Positions 18,928-29,173 of a stretch of DNA of 64,000 nt are shown one piece after another; position 1 is the stretch's first letter, and each line of letters opens with the position of its first letter. The notes under the pieces are model-generated. The model saw only the letters and a program-made list of their open reading frames with translations, did not search any database and was not told the origin of the DNA. The DNA is taken from contig PFFW01000154.1 in assembly GCA_002781745.1 (NCBI GenBank), positions 6,515 to 70,514 of the forward strand, in the 5' to 3' direction. The DNA comes from Rhodospirillales bacterium CG15_BIG_FIL_POST_REV_8_21_14_020_66_15 (GTDB taxonomy: Bacteria; Pseudomonadota; Alphaproteobacteria; Rhodospirillales; Casp-alpha2). The position numbers and the translations under genes were made by a program.

Positions 18928-20639
18928 TTGGCGACGATGAAATCGCCGAGGACGAGCACGTCCAGACCGCAGGATATGAAGGTGCGCAAGGCATCGGACG
19001 GCGAACACACGACCGGCTCCCCGTTCAGGTTGAACGAGGTGTTCAAGATGACGGGCACTCCCGTGAGCCGTTCGAAATTCTCGATCAGGCGGTAGTAGCG
19101 CGGGTTGGTTTCCCGCGATACGGTCTGCAGCCGGCCCGAGCCGTCCTCGTGGGTCACGGCGGGAATCATCGCGCGTTTTTCCGGGCGGATGGGGAACACC
19201 TTTTCCATGAAGGGAACGGTGACGCCGGGGTCGATCTCGAAGAACTCCGTTGTCCGTTCCTCAAGGATCGACGGCGCGAATGGACGAAAGGCCTCGCGGA
19301 ATTTGACGGCGGCGTTGATCTTGTCCTTCATTTCGGCGCGGCGGGGGTCGGCGATGATCGACCGGTTTCCCAGCGCGCGCTGTCCGAATTCCATCTTTCC
19401 CTGAAACCACCCCACCAGTTTGCCCTGGTCGAGGATCCCGGCGACCTCGGCCGCCACGTCGTCGGAGCGCCGGTAGGACACCTTGTGCTGTTTCAGGGTG
19501 GCTTCGATCTCGTCGTTGGTGAACTCGGGGCCGTAGTAATTGTGCGTCTGAACCTGGCGACCGCTGTTCCCGAATAGCTGGTGATGAACGTAGAGCGCGC
19601 CGCCGATGCTCAGCCCGCTGTCGTCCGGACAGGACGATACGAAGGCGTTGCGGAACGGCGTCTGCCGCGTCACCCGGCCGTTGTAGACAGAATTCATGAA
19701 CATGCCGCCTGAAAGACAAACGTTGTCGAGTCCGGTCTTCCGGTGCAGCCACGAAAGCATGTGGCTCAAGGTTTCTTCCGTGACCCTCTGCATGGCTGAG
19801 GCGATTTCGTAGTGGCGCCCTTCATAGGCGTCGTCGCGGCCCCGCGGCGGCCCGATCAGGTCGACCAGCTTCCGCGAATACATGCCCGGCGTTTCATGGA
19901 CGAAGCCCTTGAAGCAGGTCAGGTCCAGTTCGAAGCGGCCGTCGTCCTTCAGGGTGACCAGATTCTTGATCGACTTGTAATAAGGGTTGTCCCAAGGCGC
20001 GTAGGAACTCAGCGCCATGACCTTCCATTCGTCGCTGTCGGGCTTGAAGCCCAGGAAGTCGGTAAACGTGCTGTAGAAGGAACCCAGGGACTGGGGAATG
20101 GAGATACGCTGCAGGACCTCGATGGAATTTCCCCGCCCGACCGCGAACACCACCGTGTCGTGTTCGCCCCGGCCGTCCGCCGTCAGGATCGCCGCCTCTT
20201 CATAGGGCGACATGAAGAACGCGTTGCCCGCGTGGCAGAGGTGGTGGGTAAGATAATAGGTTTCCAGTTTTTTGCCGCCCGCAAGCGGCACCACCTGGTG
20301 CAGGTATTCCGGCTCCTGGGCTTCGCGGTCGGGCAGGATACGGAACAGGTGATCCTGGACCGAATAGAGATAGTCGCTTCGGAAACGTCGGTTGCCGGAG
20401 AAGATGGGATTATATTTCTGCAGGTGAACCGCCGGATTGTAGCCGTTGACGACACAGTCGATGTCGTCAAGCGCCAGTCCCGCCTGATCAAGACAGTACC
20501 GGATCGCGCGCTCGGGGAACGCGCGGGACTGCTTCTCGCGCGTCAGGCGCTCTTCCGGGCAGGCGGCGACAACGGCGCCGTCAACGACGATGGCCGCCGA
20601 GGTGATGTACATGTCGTGGTTGATGCCCAGAATTTTCAT
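18924..20639 (-). CDS. Carbamoyltransferase (NodU/CmcH family)
   Basis: KILGIN, EERLTREK, HHLCHA, EWKVMAL, MEFGQRALGNRSI, KFREAFRPFAP, LNTSFN. Confidence 0.95.
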   Translation of the reverse strand: MKILGINHDMYITSAAIVVDGAVVAACPEERLTREKQSRAFPERAIRYCLDQAGLALDDIDCVVNGYNPAVHLQKYNPIFSGNRRFRSDYLYSVQDHLFRILPDREAQEPEYLHQVVPLAGGKKLETYYLTHHLCHAGNAFFMSPYEEAAILTADGRGEHDTVVFAVGRGNSIEVLQRISIPQSLGSFYSTFTDFLGFKPDSDEWKVMALSSYAPWDNPYYKSIKNLVTLKDDGRFELDLTCFKGFVHETPGMYSRKLVDLIGPPRGRDDAYEGRHYEIASAMQRVTEETLSHMLSWLHRKTGLDNVCLSGGMFMNSVYNGRVTRQTPFRNAFVSSCPDDSGLSIGGALYVHHQLFGNSGRQVQTHNYYGPEFTNDEIEATLKQHKVSYRRSDDVAAEVAGILDQGKLVGWFQGKMEFGQRALGNRSIIADPRRAEMKDKINAAVKFREAFRPFAPSILEERTTEFFEIDPGVTVPFMEKVFPIRPEKRAMIPAVTHEDGSGRLQTVSRETNPRYYRLIENFERLTGVPVILNTSFNLNGEPVVCSPSDALRTFISCGLDVLVLGDFIVAK

Positions 20640-20675
20640 TGCAGATGACGCCCTATCGCATGGGTTCAATCAAGT

Positions 20676-21593
20676 TTATTTTTCGCAGAGAACAAGCAGG
20701 GAGCCCGTTCCCAACAACAGTTTTGACAGCTCGTGGTCGTAGTTTTCATACATCGGGGCGAGGATCTTTCTGACATTGTCGAAGTGCGGACGCCTGCGAA
20801 GCCGCCGAATGTTCCGGAAGCCGGCGCCCTCCAACATCTGCGTGAACTTGTCTTCGGTGTAAGCCTTGTAAATCGGCGCTTGAAGCCGGTCGAGTACGGT
20901 TAGTTCGAAATCATGGTCGACAAGGCGCTTCAGCGATTCCAGAAGCGATAGGCAGTTTTTTGCCGCTTCGGAACCGTCGTCGTCGATGTTAGCCAGGAGC
21001 CAGTCGAGGGATTCATTAGTCTTCGCAAGCAAATTCATCGAATCGATAAATTGGGCAAAGGCCGGATTGTCACGGTACTCAACGCGCGCCGGTTGCATCA
21101 GGAACTTGGATATGAGGCCGCCCTCTCCGGCAACGAAAATGTGGGCGTGTCCTCCAGGTTTCAGCGTCCGGTAGATTTCTTGAACGGCGCGACGGTCGTC
21201 GTCGACATGATGGATTACGCCCAGGCAGATGACGAAGTCAAAAAAAGCATCCTCATAGGGAGCTTGGCTTAGGGACCCGACGTCGAGCCGCCATCGGCCA
21301 TCGTACGTCGGATTCGTCTTAAGTTCGGCTGTCGCCGGCTCGATGAAGCTTTCGTTAACGTCCATCGCGCAGACATATTCAGCGCCGAGTTCGAGCAAAT
21401 TGACCGTTCCGTTGACGCTGGACCCGCAGCCGAAATCGCCACATCTCTTCCCGACCAGGAAGTCCTCGTCGACGCCGAGGAACGCTGGCGAAATTAACGA
21501 CCGAAGGCGCTTTTTCGTGACGTCGAGGCCCAGGGTTTGACGATGAATTGCGTCAAACACACGTCGAGTTTCTTGCTCCAAATCGTTGGTCAT
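20676..21593 (-). CDS. Class I SAM-dependent methyltransferase
   Basis: GDFGCGS, PYEDAFFDFVICLGVIHH, YRTLKPGG. Confidence 0.85.
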   Translation of the reverse strand: MTNDLEQETRRVFDAIHRQTLGLDVTKKRLRSLISPAFLGVDEDFLVGKRCGDFGCGSSVNGTVNLLELGAEYVCAMDVNESFIEPATAELKTNPTYDGRWRLDVGSLSQAPYEDAFFDFVICLGVIHHVDDDRRAVQEIYRTLKPGGHAHIFVAGEGGLISKFLMQPARVEYRDNPAFAQFIDSMNLLAKTNESLDWLLANIDDDGSEAAKNCLSLLESLKRLVDHDFELTVLDRLQAPIYKAYTEDKFTQMLEGAGFRNIRRLRRRPHFDNVRKILAPMYENYDHELSKLLLGTGSLLVLCEK

Positions 21594-21678
21594 CTTTTGA
21601 GGTCCAAGTTCGGGGAAAGTTGAATAGAGGTCGAGGTGCTAAGTACCGCGCGGGAATCCACGGCGCCGTGACACCAGA

Positions 21679-23580
21679 CTACCGCCCGCGGCGAAGACTC
21701 CCCATTTCCGGCGGGTCGCCGGCAAGGACCTCGAGATCGGTTACGACCTTGCGCAGGGAGCGGCCTTCAAGGTTCAGCCTCCGGCGCAGGGGATTGCCGA
21801 CGAGGAAGGTGAGCGCTTCCCATGCGAGGCGCGCGGTTTTCGTGGCCCCCCGGTAGCGCAGGTTGCGAAGCACGATCAGCGGAACCAGCACCCAGCGGAT
21901 TCGCGCGAACATCTCCGGGTAACAGATGATCGCCATGCCGACCTGCATGTTCCGGATCAGGCTCCAGAACGTCGGATAGGCCTCGTCGTCCCCGACAGTC
22001 AGGGTTTCGCGCCGCTGATGGATCGTGTCCGTCGTGGCGCTGCGGTCGACGAGGCGTTTGGGGTTGGCAAAGTATCCGCTGTCCGATTTGTCCCGTTCGA
22101 AATAGTTGGAACGTTCGAGCACCATCCGGCGGTAGTGCGCGCGGCCGAACTTCTTCTGATAGGCCATGAAGGTTTCAAGCTGGATCATCGGCCGCCATGC
22201 CTGGCACAGCAGGGTCGGATAGGGGGTGAAGTTCAGGGTGTTCGATTCGTCATGGGCGTTGGTGTCGGAAATTCTGAGCAGATAGGCCTCTTCGCCGTCG
22301 ACGCCGGCACCGATTAATCCCTGGTGCCGGGCGAATTCGTAGAGCGGCGTGCCCGGCAGCGCCTGCGCGTAGTTGATGGACAGGTCGGTGGGACATTGTG
22401 ACGGGCTTATGGACAGGCCGAACTTCGCAAAATCGGCGGTTTCGCGAATCGTTTCCGGCGTTTCGCCGGGCATTCCGACCACCAGCTGGATGATCGTGCG
22501 CAGCCCGGCCTCCACCGTCCATCGCATGGCATTGTAGTTGTCCCGGAGCGCGACCTTCTTCTCCATCACCTGAAGCATCTTTTCGCTGCCGGTCTCCATG
22601 CCGTAGATGATGCTGGAGCATCCCGCGTCCTTCATCAGGGCGATGATTTCGGGGTCGACGCAGTTCACGCGCATTCCGCCGACTTTCCACAGGACGTCGA
22701 GCGGCTTGATCTTGGCGCAGAACTCACGCAGCCATTTCCTGCTGGTGCCGAAATTTTCGTCGGCAATATCGACGAAGCCGACGTTGTACCGGTCGATCAC
22801 ATGCTTCAGCCGTTCGATCACGATGTCCACGGGAATGTAGCGGATTCCTTTCGTGAACCGGTGGCAGAAGGTGCATTTCGCCACGCATCCCTTCGCCGCG
22901 GGAATGGTGATCTGCGTCTTGTCGGCCCGTTCCGGCTCGTAGGCCCGCGGGTCGTCGCGAAAGCTGTCGGACGGCATGCCGTCGACCACGCCCGGCAGGA
23001 CGAACACTCCGATGTCGGATGCCCGCTCCAGGTCGGCCCAGTCGAAATCATAGACCTCCTCCGCCGGGAGCTGTTCCTCATAGCCGGTATTGACGAGATA
23101 GCCGTTGCGATCGAAAAGCACGATCCCCGGGATGTCGGAATATGCGGTTGGCTCCGTGGTCTTGTGACTGCGACGGACGATGTTCAGAAAGGTCTTTTCG
23201 CCTTCGCCCGAGACGCAAAGGTCGATGCCCGTCCGCTTCAGCAGAATCTCGGCGCTGGCCGCCAGATTGCCGCCGCACACGACGAGTGTTTCCGGAAGAT
23301 GCTTCTTCACGTCCGAGGAAAGCCGCTTCGTATAGGCATAGGCCGTGGAGACGACGGCGCTTATGCCCAATACCCGGGGCTTCCGCTCGAGAATATGGGC
23401 AAGTACCTCGTCGTAGGACGGCCGGTTGCCGTCGATGTCGAAGAACTCGACGTCGGGTTCACCGTGCATCTTCAGATATCGGATCAGGCTCAGGCTTCCG
23501 ATCGGCGGAAACGGCGTCGGTATCGGCCTGATCGGCGTGGTGACGATCATCGTATTCATGGTGATCCGCGCATCAGCCAT
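21679..23580 (-). CDS. Cobalamin-binding radical SAM protein
   Basis: N-terminal PPIGSLSL...GISAV B12-binding-like domain; AKGCVAKCTFC, IADENF, GMETGSEKML. Confidence 0.88.
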   Translation of the reverse strand: MADARITMNTMIVTTPIRPIPTPFPPIGSLSLIRYLKMHGEPDVEFFDIDGNRPSYDEVLAHILERKPRVLGISAVVSTAYAYTKRLSSDVKKHLPETLVVCGGNLAASAEILLKRTGIDLCVSGEGEKTFLNIVRRSHKTTEPTAYSDIPGIVLFDRNGYLVNTGYEEQLPAEEVYDFDWADLERASDIGVFVLPGVVDGMPSDSFRDDPRAYEPERADKTQITIPAAKGCVAKCTFCHRFTKGIRYIPVDIVIERLKHVIDRYNVGFVDIADENFGTSRKWLREFCAKIKPLDVLWKVGGMRVNCVDPEIIALMKDAGCSSIIYGMETGSEKMLQVMEKKVALRDNYNAMRWTVEAGLRTIIQLVVGMPGETPETIRETADFAKFGLSISPSQCPTDLSINYAQALPGTPLYEFARHQGLIGAGVDGEEAYLLRISDTNAHDESNTLNFTPYPTLLCQAWRPMIQLETFMAYQKKFGRAHYRRMVLERSNYFERDKSDSGYFANPKRLVDRSATTDTIHQRRETLTVGDDEAYPTFWSLIRNMQVGMAIICYPEMFARIRWVLVPLIVLRNLRYRGATKTARLAWEALTFLVGNPLRRRLNLEGRSLRKVVTDLEVLAGDPPEMGSLRRGR

Positions 23581-23601
23581 CGGAGTCCGATCCGAAGTAT
23601 G

Positions 23602-24669
23602 TCACGAATGGGTCTCCTGAGCACGTTTGTTGGCACGGCTTAAATCCTCGAGCCTTCCGACGTCGAGCCAATATTCGTGGATGGGAAAGGCCGCGCAGGT
23701 CCGGCCTTCCTCGATCCATTGGCCGAACAGCGTCGGCATGTCCAGGTGTGTGTTCCTGGGAATCCGTTTCAGGGTCTCCGGCTCCAGCACATAGATCCCG
23801 GCGTTGACCAGGAACCGCTGCGCCGGCTTCTCATCTATGGACACGATTGCGCTGTCGTTCACGTTGACCACGCCGAACGGAACCTGAAGGTCGTATTCAC
23901 GGACAGCCATCGTGGCCAACGCCTCGCGCTCGCGATGGAAGTCGAGCATCTTACTGAAATCGATTTCGGTCATAAGGTCGGCGTTCATCACGACGATGGG
24001 CTCCTTGGGCGCGATATCCAGCAGGCTGAGGGCGCCGGCCGTGCCCAGGGGTTCGCTTTCATCGATGTATCGGATCTCCGCGTTCCACTCCCGGCCGTCC
24101 TTGAATCGGGCCTTGATCTGGTTACCCAGGTAATTGACCGAAACTTGGAACCGAACGAAACCTTGCGCCACGAATTTTTCGATGATGCTTTCCAGCAGCG
24201 GCTTTCCGCCGACCTCGACCAACGGCTTGGGCACGGCCTCGGTCAGCGGGCGAAGGCGCATGCCCTGGCCCCCGGCCATCAGAATGACCCAGTTGTCGCG
24301 GACCGCGCCCGGCTTGATGAGGTCGTCGATGATGACCAGGTCGATCACCCGGCTTCCGGCGTCGACCACGGGCACCTGGTGAATTCCCCGGCGTGCCATT
24401 GTCGCTTTCAGTTCGGCCAACTGGTAGTGCGGCGGGACGGAAAGCGGACTGGCGTTCATGACTTCCGTCACGGGCCGATCCATTGCGACCCCTTTCAGGA
24501 TCGCGCGGCGGATGTCTCCGTCGGTGATGGATCCGAGGAGCCGGTCGTTCTCGTCCACCACGAGAGCGATCTGCAACACGCTGTTGTCGATGCTTCTGAT
24601 CGCCTCAAGCATCGGCATGGTCGGTGGCACAAGCGTCTTTCGCCAATCCGTCACGGTGATACGATCCAA
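23602..24669 (-). CDS. CBS-domain nucleotidyltransferase (PtmE/LegX-type sugar-1-phosphate guanylyltransferase)
   Basis: N-terminal CBS pair (GSITDGDIRRAIL); ILMAGGQGMRLRPLT, PKPLV, EPLGTAGAL, YWLDVG. Lies within the leg gene block. Confidence 0.88.
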   Translation of the reverse strand: MDRITVTDWRKTLVPPTMPMLEAIRSIDNSVLQIALVVDENDRLLGSITDGDIRRAILKGVAMDRPVTEVMNASPLSVPPHYQLAELKATMARRGIHQVPVVDAGSRVIDLVIIDDLIKPGAVRDNWVILMAGGQGMRLRPLTEAVPKPLVEVGGKPLLESIIEKFVAQGFVRFQVSVNYLGNQIKARFKDGREWNAEIRYIDESEPLGTAGALSLLDIAPKEPIVVMNADLMTEIDFSKMLDFHREREALATMAVREYDLQVPFGVVNVNDSAIVSIDEKPAQRFLVNAGIYVLEPETLKRIPRNTHLDMPTLFGQWIEEGRTCAAFPIHEYWLDVGRLEDLSRANKRAQETHS

Positions 24670-24702
24670 ATTTCGTCAGTCGATTGCACGTCGGGCATGG
24701 GT

Positions 24703-26952
24703 CTACGAAATCACCTCGTCGGCGTCGAAATCTCGCGACGCATGCCGGCCAAGCCAATCGAAATAGTCGTATGCCGGAACGCCCGTTTCCGGTCGCTTTA
24801 CGGTCAGGTTGTCGACCGTGAACATTTCGTCCTTGGCGATCGGCCGCGCTGCCACCAGGCTTTTGCGGGCGACCGCCTTGTTGGCGATCTCATTCTCCAG
24901 CGGCCGCTTTACGCCGTCGCCGAGGGCGAGTTCGACGTCGCGGATGGCGGCGACCATGGCGGCGAATGCGCCCGGTTCCATCGACGCCATGTGGTCCGGT
25001 CCGGCCATCGTGCGGTCCAGCGTGATGTGCTTTTCGATAACGCGGGCGCCCCGGGCGACGGCTGCAATCGCGGCGGCCGAACCCTCGCAGTGATCGGAAA
25101 ACCCGACGGGCAGGCCGAAGCGGGCGGCGATCGTGTCCATCGCCCTCAGGTTGACGTCGGCCAAGGGCGCCGGATATTCGGTCGTGCATTGCAGGACCGT
25201 TACCCTGTCCTTGAGCGCGGCGCGCCCCGCCGGACTGAGGAACGCGCGGCGGAACGCATCGCGCCCCGGGGTGCCGCCGGACCTTGAAAACCCGAAGGCG
25301 AGAACACCCAGCGCGGCCTCGATTTCGTCCATGGTCGCCATCCCGGTCGACAGGATTACCTTCAGGCCGCGCTCGGCGATGCCAAGGAGGAGCGGCGCAT
25401 TGGTGAGATCGCCGGACCCGACTTTGATCGTGCGAAGGCCGAGCTCGTCGGCGAGGAAGGCGAGGGATGCGGCGTCGAACGGGGTCGACAGGAAGGCGAC
25501 GCCCCGGTCGCGGCAATGGTCCAGAAGTTCGCGCTGGCCGGCTTCCGTCAGTTCAAGCGTCTTCAACATGTCGCGCTGGTTCTGGGCCGCGCCGGTCTGT
25601 CGCGCCTGATACGCCGCTTTCGGTGCCGCTTCCGTCGTCAATGCATCGGCCTTGAAGGATTGGAACTTGACCGCGTCGGCGCCGGCCGCGGCGGCGGCGT
25701 CGATCAAGGCCTTGGCCGTCTCTACCGAGCCGTTGTGGTTGACGCCGGCCTCGGCGATCACCGTGACGGGTCCGGGTGCCGGCGGCAGGGCGGGAGCGAC
25801 GTCGCGGAACCTCTTGTCGCGCAGCGAGGCGAGGTCCACGGCGCTCAGGATGTCCGCCATTCTGCCTGCGGCATTCCCGTCACCCAGGAAGAAGGGCGTC
25901 TTCCGTCCCCCGTCCGCTTCGCGTCCCATTGCACGCTCCAACGCTTCGGCGACGGCGGCCGGCATCCCGTCGCAGTCGAAGACGGTTGCCGCGCGCAGGC
26001 GCCCCGCCTGGCGCGGCCCCACGTTCACGGTCGGCGTGCCGAGGATCGGCGCCTCGATGACGCCGCTGGAGGAGTTTCCGACGACGGCGTCGGCGATCTT
26101 CATCAAGCTCAGATACCGCAGGCTGCCGAGCGAGGCGTGCAGCGAGGCGCGCGCCGGATTGCGGGCGACGAATTCCCGGATGACCCGGTTCACCGATTCA
26201 TGCCCCGGATCGGCATTGACCCCGGTGAAGACGACGGAGGCTTCGGGAAACCGCTCCAGCGCCGCCGTCACGGCCTGGACTCCGGCAAGGCCGTCGTCGC
26301 CGGCAAGGGTCACCGGATGGTAGGTCGCGAGGAACAGGGGCGGTTCCAGTCTCCGTCCAAGGTCGGCTTCGAGTTCGGCCCGGTCCAGGAAGTCGAGGGT
26401 CCGCAGGTTGTCCGCGGCGAGGGCGCCCACTGCATATGTGTTGTCCGGATCCTCCCCCATCTGGACGACCCGCTGCCGATAGGGCTCGGCCGCGGTGAAA
26501 TGCAGGTGCGCCAGTTTGGTCACGGCGTGCCGGATTGCGTCGTCGAAGGCGCCGGCGGTCAGTTCACCGCCGTGGATATGGGCGATCGGAATTCCGCTCA
26601 ACATCGCGGCGGATGCCGCCGCCAGAGTTTCGTAACGGTCGCCGAGCAGCACCAGGACATCCGGTTTCAGATCCGAAAACGCAGCGGTGAGCCTGGCCAG
26701 CGCCGCCGCCATGATGTCGGCCGCGGCCTGCGCGTCGTCACCGGGGCGAAGGATGTCGACCCGGGCGGCGATTTCGAATCCATCGGCCTCGATGACGTCG
26801 ACGGTCCGCCCGAAGGCCTCGGACAGGTGAGTGCCCGTCACGACCAGGCAGAGGGACAGATCCTTGCGCGCGTCGATCGCGCGGAGCAGCGGCACCAGCA
26901 GGCCGTACTCCGCCCGCGTCGCCGTGATCACGCAAATCCGCCGAGGCGCCAA
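24703..26952 (-). CDS. neuC-neuB: Fusion of hydrolysing UDP/GDP-sugar 2-epimerase (NeuC/LegG) and nonulosonate synthase (NeuB/LegI) with SAF domain
   Basis: N-half TATRAEYG, VLLGDRYE, AHIHGGE, GNSSSG; Pro/Ala linker; C-half IAEAGVNHNG, KFQSF, STPFD, STGMA, GFSDH, IEKHITLD. Single uninterrupted frame. Confidence 0.92.
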   Translation of the reverse strand: MAPRRICVITATRAEYGLLVPLLRAIDARKDLSLCLVVTGTHLSEAFGRTVDVIEADGFEIAARVDILRPGDDAQAAADIMAAALARLTAAFSDLKPDVLVLLGDRYETLAAASAAMLSGIPIAHIHGGELTAGAFDDAIRHAVTKLAHLHFTAAEPYRQRVVQMGEDPDNTYAVGALAADNLRTLDFLDRAELEADLGRRLEPPLFLATYHPVTLAGDDGLAGVQAVTAALERFPEASVVFTGVNADPGHESVNRVIREFVARNPARASLHASLGSLRYLSLMKIADAVVGNSSSGVIEAPILGTPTVNVGPRQAGRLRAATVFDCDGMPAAVAEALERAMGREADGGRKTPFFLGDGNAAGRMADILSAVDLASLRDKRFRDVAPALPPAPGPVTVIAEAGVNHNGSVETAKALIDAAAAAGADAVKFQSFKADALTTEAAPKAAYQARQTGAAQNQRDMLKTLELTEAGQRELLDHCRDRGVAFLSTPFDAASLAFLADELGLRTIKVGSGDLTNAPLLLGIAERGLKVILSTGMATMDEIEAALGVLAFGFSRSGGTPGRDAFRRAFLSPAGRAALKDRVTVLQCTTEYPAPLADVNLRAMDTIAARFGLPVGFSDHCEGSAAAIAAVARGARVIEKHITLDRTMAGPDHMASMEPGAFAAMVAAIRDVELALGDGVKRPLENEIANKAVARKSLVAARPIAKDEMFTVDNLTVKRPETGVPAYDYFDWLGRHASRDFDADEVIS

Positions 26953-26955
26953 GTT

Positions 26956-28170
26956 TCAGGCTTCCGTTCCGCGCAGCAGCCGGGGGCCGCTTGGGATGTT
27001 GACGAGCCGGTCGACGAACGACCGCGCCGTTGCCAGGTCGCCGGACCGGGGCGCGTCCGCATAGGCGGCCGTGTCGGGGATCAGGCGCCAGCAGGGTCGG
27101 GTCTGGATGTCGGCGTCGTTGGTCCGGGCAAGGAAGCTGTCGCGGGCCGGCGCATCGTCGAACATCAGCGCATTGAGCCAGAAATTGCTTTCGCTGCCGA
27201 CGGGCTCCGCAAAGACCGTCACGCCGTCGACGTCGCGGAACAACTCCGCGTACCGTGCCGCGAGTTCCCGCTTGCGGGCGATAAAGCGGGGCAGCAGTTC
27301 CAATTGGGCACAGCCCAGGGCGGCGTTGATGTTGGGCATGCGGTAGTTGTAGCCGACCGCGTCATGGTCGAACCACCACCGGTCCGGCAGGCGTGCCGTC
27401 GTCGTCAGGTGTTTCAGGCGCGTCGCCAGTGTTTCGTCGTCCGTCACGATCATGCCGCCGCCGCCCGTGGTCACCGTCTTGTTGCCGTTGAAGCTGACGA
27501 CGCCCACCGTGCCCAGGCCGCCGCACGCACGGCCATGGTGCCGGCTGCCCAGGGCTTCGGCCGCGTCCTCGATCACGGGCAGGCCGAATTCGGTCGCCAC
27601 GGCACAGAGTGCGACCATATCGGCGGGATGGCCGAACAGGTGAACCGGGAGGATCGCCGCGATCCGCCTGCCGCTTGCCTTGTGGACAAGGCCGTCCGAC
27701 GCCATGTCGCAGCCGTCCTCGAGCAGGGTCGATAGCGTCGCCGCATCGATCCCACCCGTCGCGGCGTCGATATCGACGAACAACGGCGCCGCCCCGCAAT
27801 AACTGATCGCATTGGCCGTGGCGATGAAGGTCAGGGCCGGACATACCACCGCGTCCCCGGATCGAACGCCGACGGCAAGCAATGCCGCGTGAAGGCCGGC
27901 GGTCCCGTTAACGACGGCGACGCCGTGCGCGGCGCCGCAGGCGTCGGCCGTCAGGCGCTCGATGCGCTCTACGTACGTCCCCGCGGAGGACACCCAACCG
28001 GTGTCCAGGCAATCCTTCACATAGGTCCATTCGTTGCCTTCGAACGACGGTTCATGGAGCGCGACCGGGCCCTCCATGCCCAGGTCGCCACGCAGGAAGT
28101 CCGCCAGGCGGGTGGCCGCTGTTGTCGCGGCGTCGGCGGCGGGCGATGCGGCGGCGAGGAGGTCAGACAT
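26956..28170 (-). CDS. legC: LegC-family aminotransferase
   Basis: VALHEPSF...CLDTGWVSSAG, EDAAEALGS, SFNGNKTVTTGGGG, GYNYRMPNINAALG, TRPCW. Confidence 0.9.
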   Translation of the reverse strand: MSDLLAAASPAADAATTAATRLADFLRGDLGMEGPVALHEPSFEGNEWTYVKDCLDTGWVSSAGTYVERIERLTADACGAAHGVAVVNGTAGLHAALLAVGVRSGDAVVCPALTFIATANAISYCGAAPLFVDIDAATGGIDAATLSTLLEDGCDMASDGLVHKASGRRIAAILPVHLFGHPADMVALCAVATEFGLPVIEDAAEALGSRHHGRACGGLGTVGVVSFNGNKTVTTGGGGMIVTDDETLATRLKHLTTTARLPDRWWFDHDAVGYNYRMPNINAALGCAQLELLPRFIARKRELAARYAELFRDVDGVTVFAEPVGSESNFWLNALMFDDAPARDSFLARTNDADIQTRPCWRLIPDTAAYADAPRSGDLATARSFVDRLVNIPSGPRLLRGTEA

Positions 28171-29173
28171 TGTAGCGGTCGGCCTTGTAGCGCGTCAGGT
28201 GGCCGGACGCGCGGAACCACTCGACGGTTTCGGCGATGCCGCGCTTGAATCCTGCAAGCCCGCCGTACTCGGGCTCCCATCCCAGGATATCTCGCGCCTT
28301 GGTGTTGTCGGCCCACAAGCGCTCGACTTCGCTTTGCTCGGGGCGCAGGCGCTGGTCATCGGTCTCGATGTCGAGCGACGTGCCGGTCACCTCGGCGATC
28401 GCCTTGACCGCGTCGCCAATGGAGATTTCGAAGTTGCTGCCGATGTTGACGACCTCGCCCACGCCGGAACCGCTCTCGGCCATCTTCACGAAGGCGCGGA
28501 CCGTGTCCGCGACGAAGCTGAAATCGCGCGTCGGATGCACGGCGCCGAGCCGCAGGCGCGTCTGTCCCGAAAGCGCCTGGGTGATGATCGTCGGCAGGAC
28601 GGCGCGCGCCGATTGCCGCGGGCCGTAGGTGTTGAAGGGGCGAATCACCGCGACCGGCGCTTCGAACGACCGGTGGAAGGCGAGCGCCATCTGGTCGGCG
28701 GCGATCTTGGTCGCCGAATAGGGGGACTGTCCCTGCAGCGGATGGTCCTCGGTGATGGGGACAGAGCGGGCGGTGCCGTAGACTTCGCTGGTCGACGTGT
28801 GAACGACGTGGGTCGACCCCTGGTCGACCGCCGCCTGCAGCACGTTCAGCGTTCCCTGGATGTTGGTTTCGACGTAGGTGGCGGGGGAATGGTAGGAATA
28901 GGGAATCGCGATCAGCGCGGCGAGGTGCAGGACGACGTCGCGACCGCGCATCGCCTCGCGCACGCCGTGGGCGTCGCGGATGTCGCCTGCGAACACGTCG
29001 ACCGAGCCCCGCACATCGTCGTCGGCGTGATCAAGCCAGCCCCACGAGTTGAACGAATTGTAGTAAACGAAGGCGCGCACATCGTGTCCGCGCCGCATCA
29101 GGGCTTCGGTCAGGTGCGAGCCGATGAAGCCGTCGGCGCCGGTCACCAGGATTCGTTTGGATGGAACGGTCAT
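28163..29173 (-). CDS. legB: LegB-type NDP-GlcNAc 4,6-dehydratase
   Basis: VTGADGFIGSHL, YYNSFNSWGWLD, HLAALIAIPYSY, QGQSPYSATK, RPFNTYGPRQSARA. Confidence 0.9.
   Translation of the reverse strand: MTVPSKRILVTGADGFIGSHLTEALMRRGHDVRAFVYYNSFNSWGWLDHADDDVRGSVDVFAGDIRDAHGVREAMRGRDVVLHLAALIAIPYSYHSPATYVETNIQGTLNVLQAAVDQGSTHVVHTSTSEVYGTARSVPITEDHPLQGQSPYSATKIAADQMALAFHRSFEAPVAVIRPFNTYGPRQSARAVLPTIITQALSGQTRLRLGAVHPTRDFSFVADTVRAFVKMAESGSGVGEVVNIGSNFEISIGDAVKAIAEVTGTSLDIETDDQRLRPEQSEVERLWADNTKARDILGWEPEYGGLAGFKRGIAETVEWFRASGHLTRYKADRYNV

Noticed and set aside
23677-27735. Long plus-strand ORFs (536 aa, 739 aa)
   Set aside because: Antisense shadows of the leg genes, expected in high-GC DNA, with no recognisable motifs.
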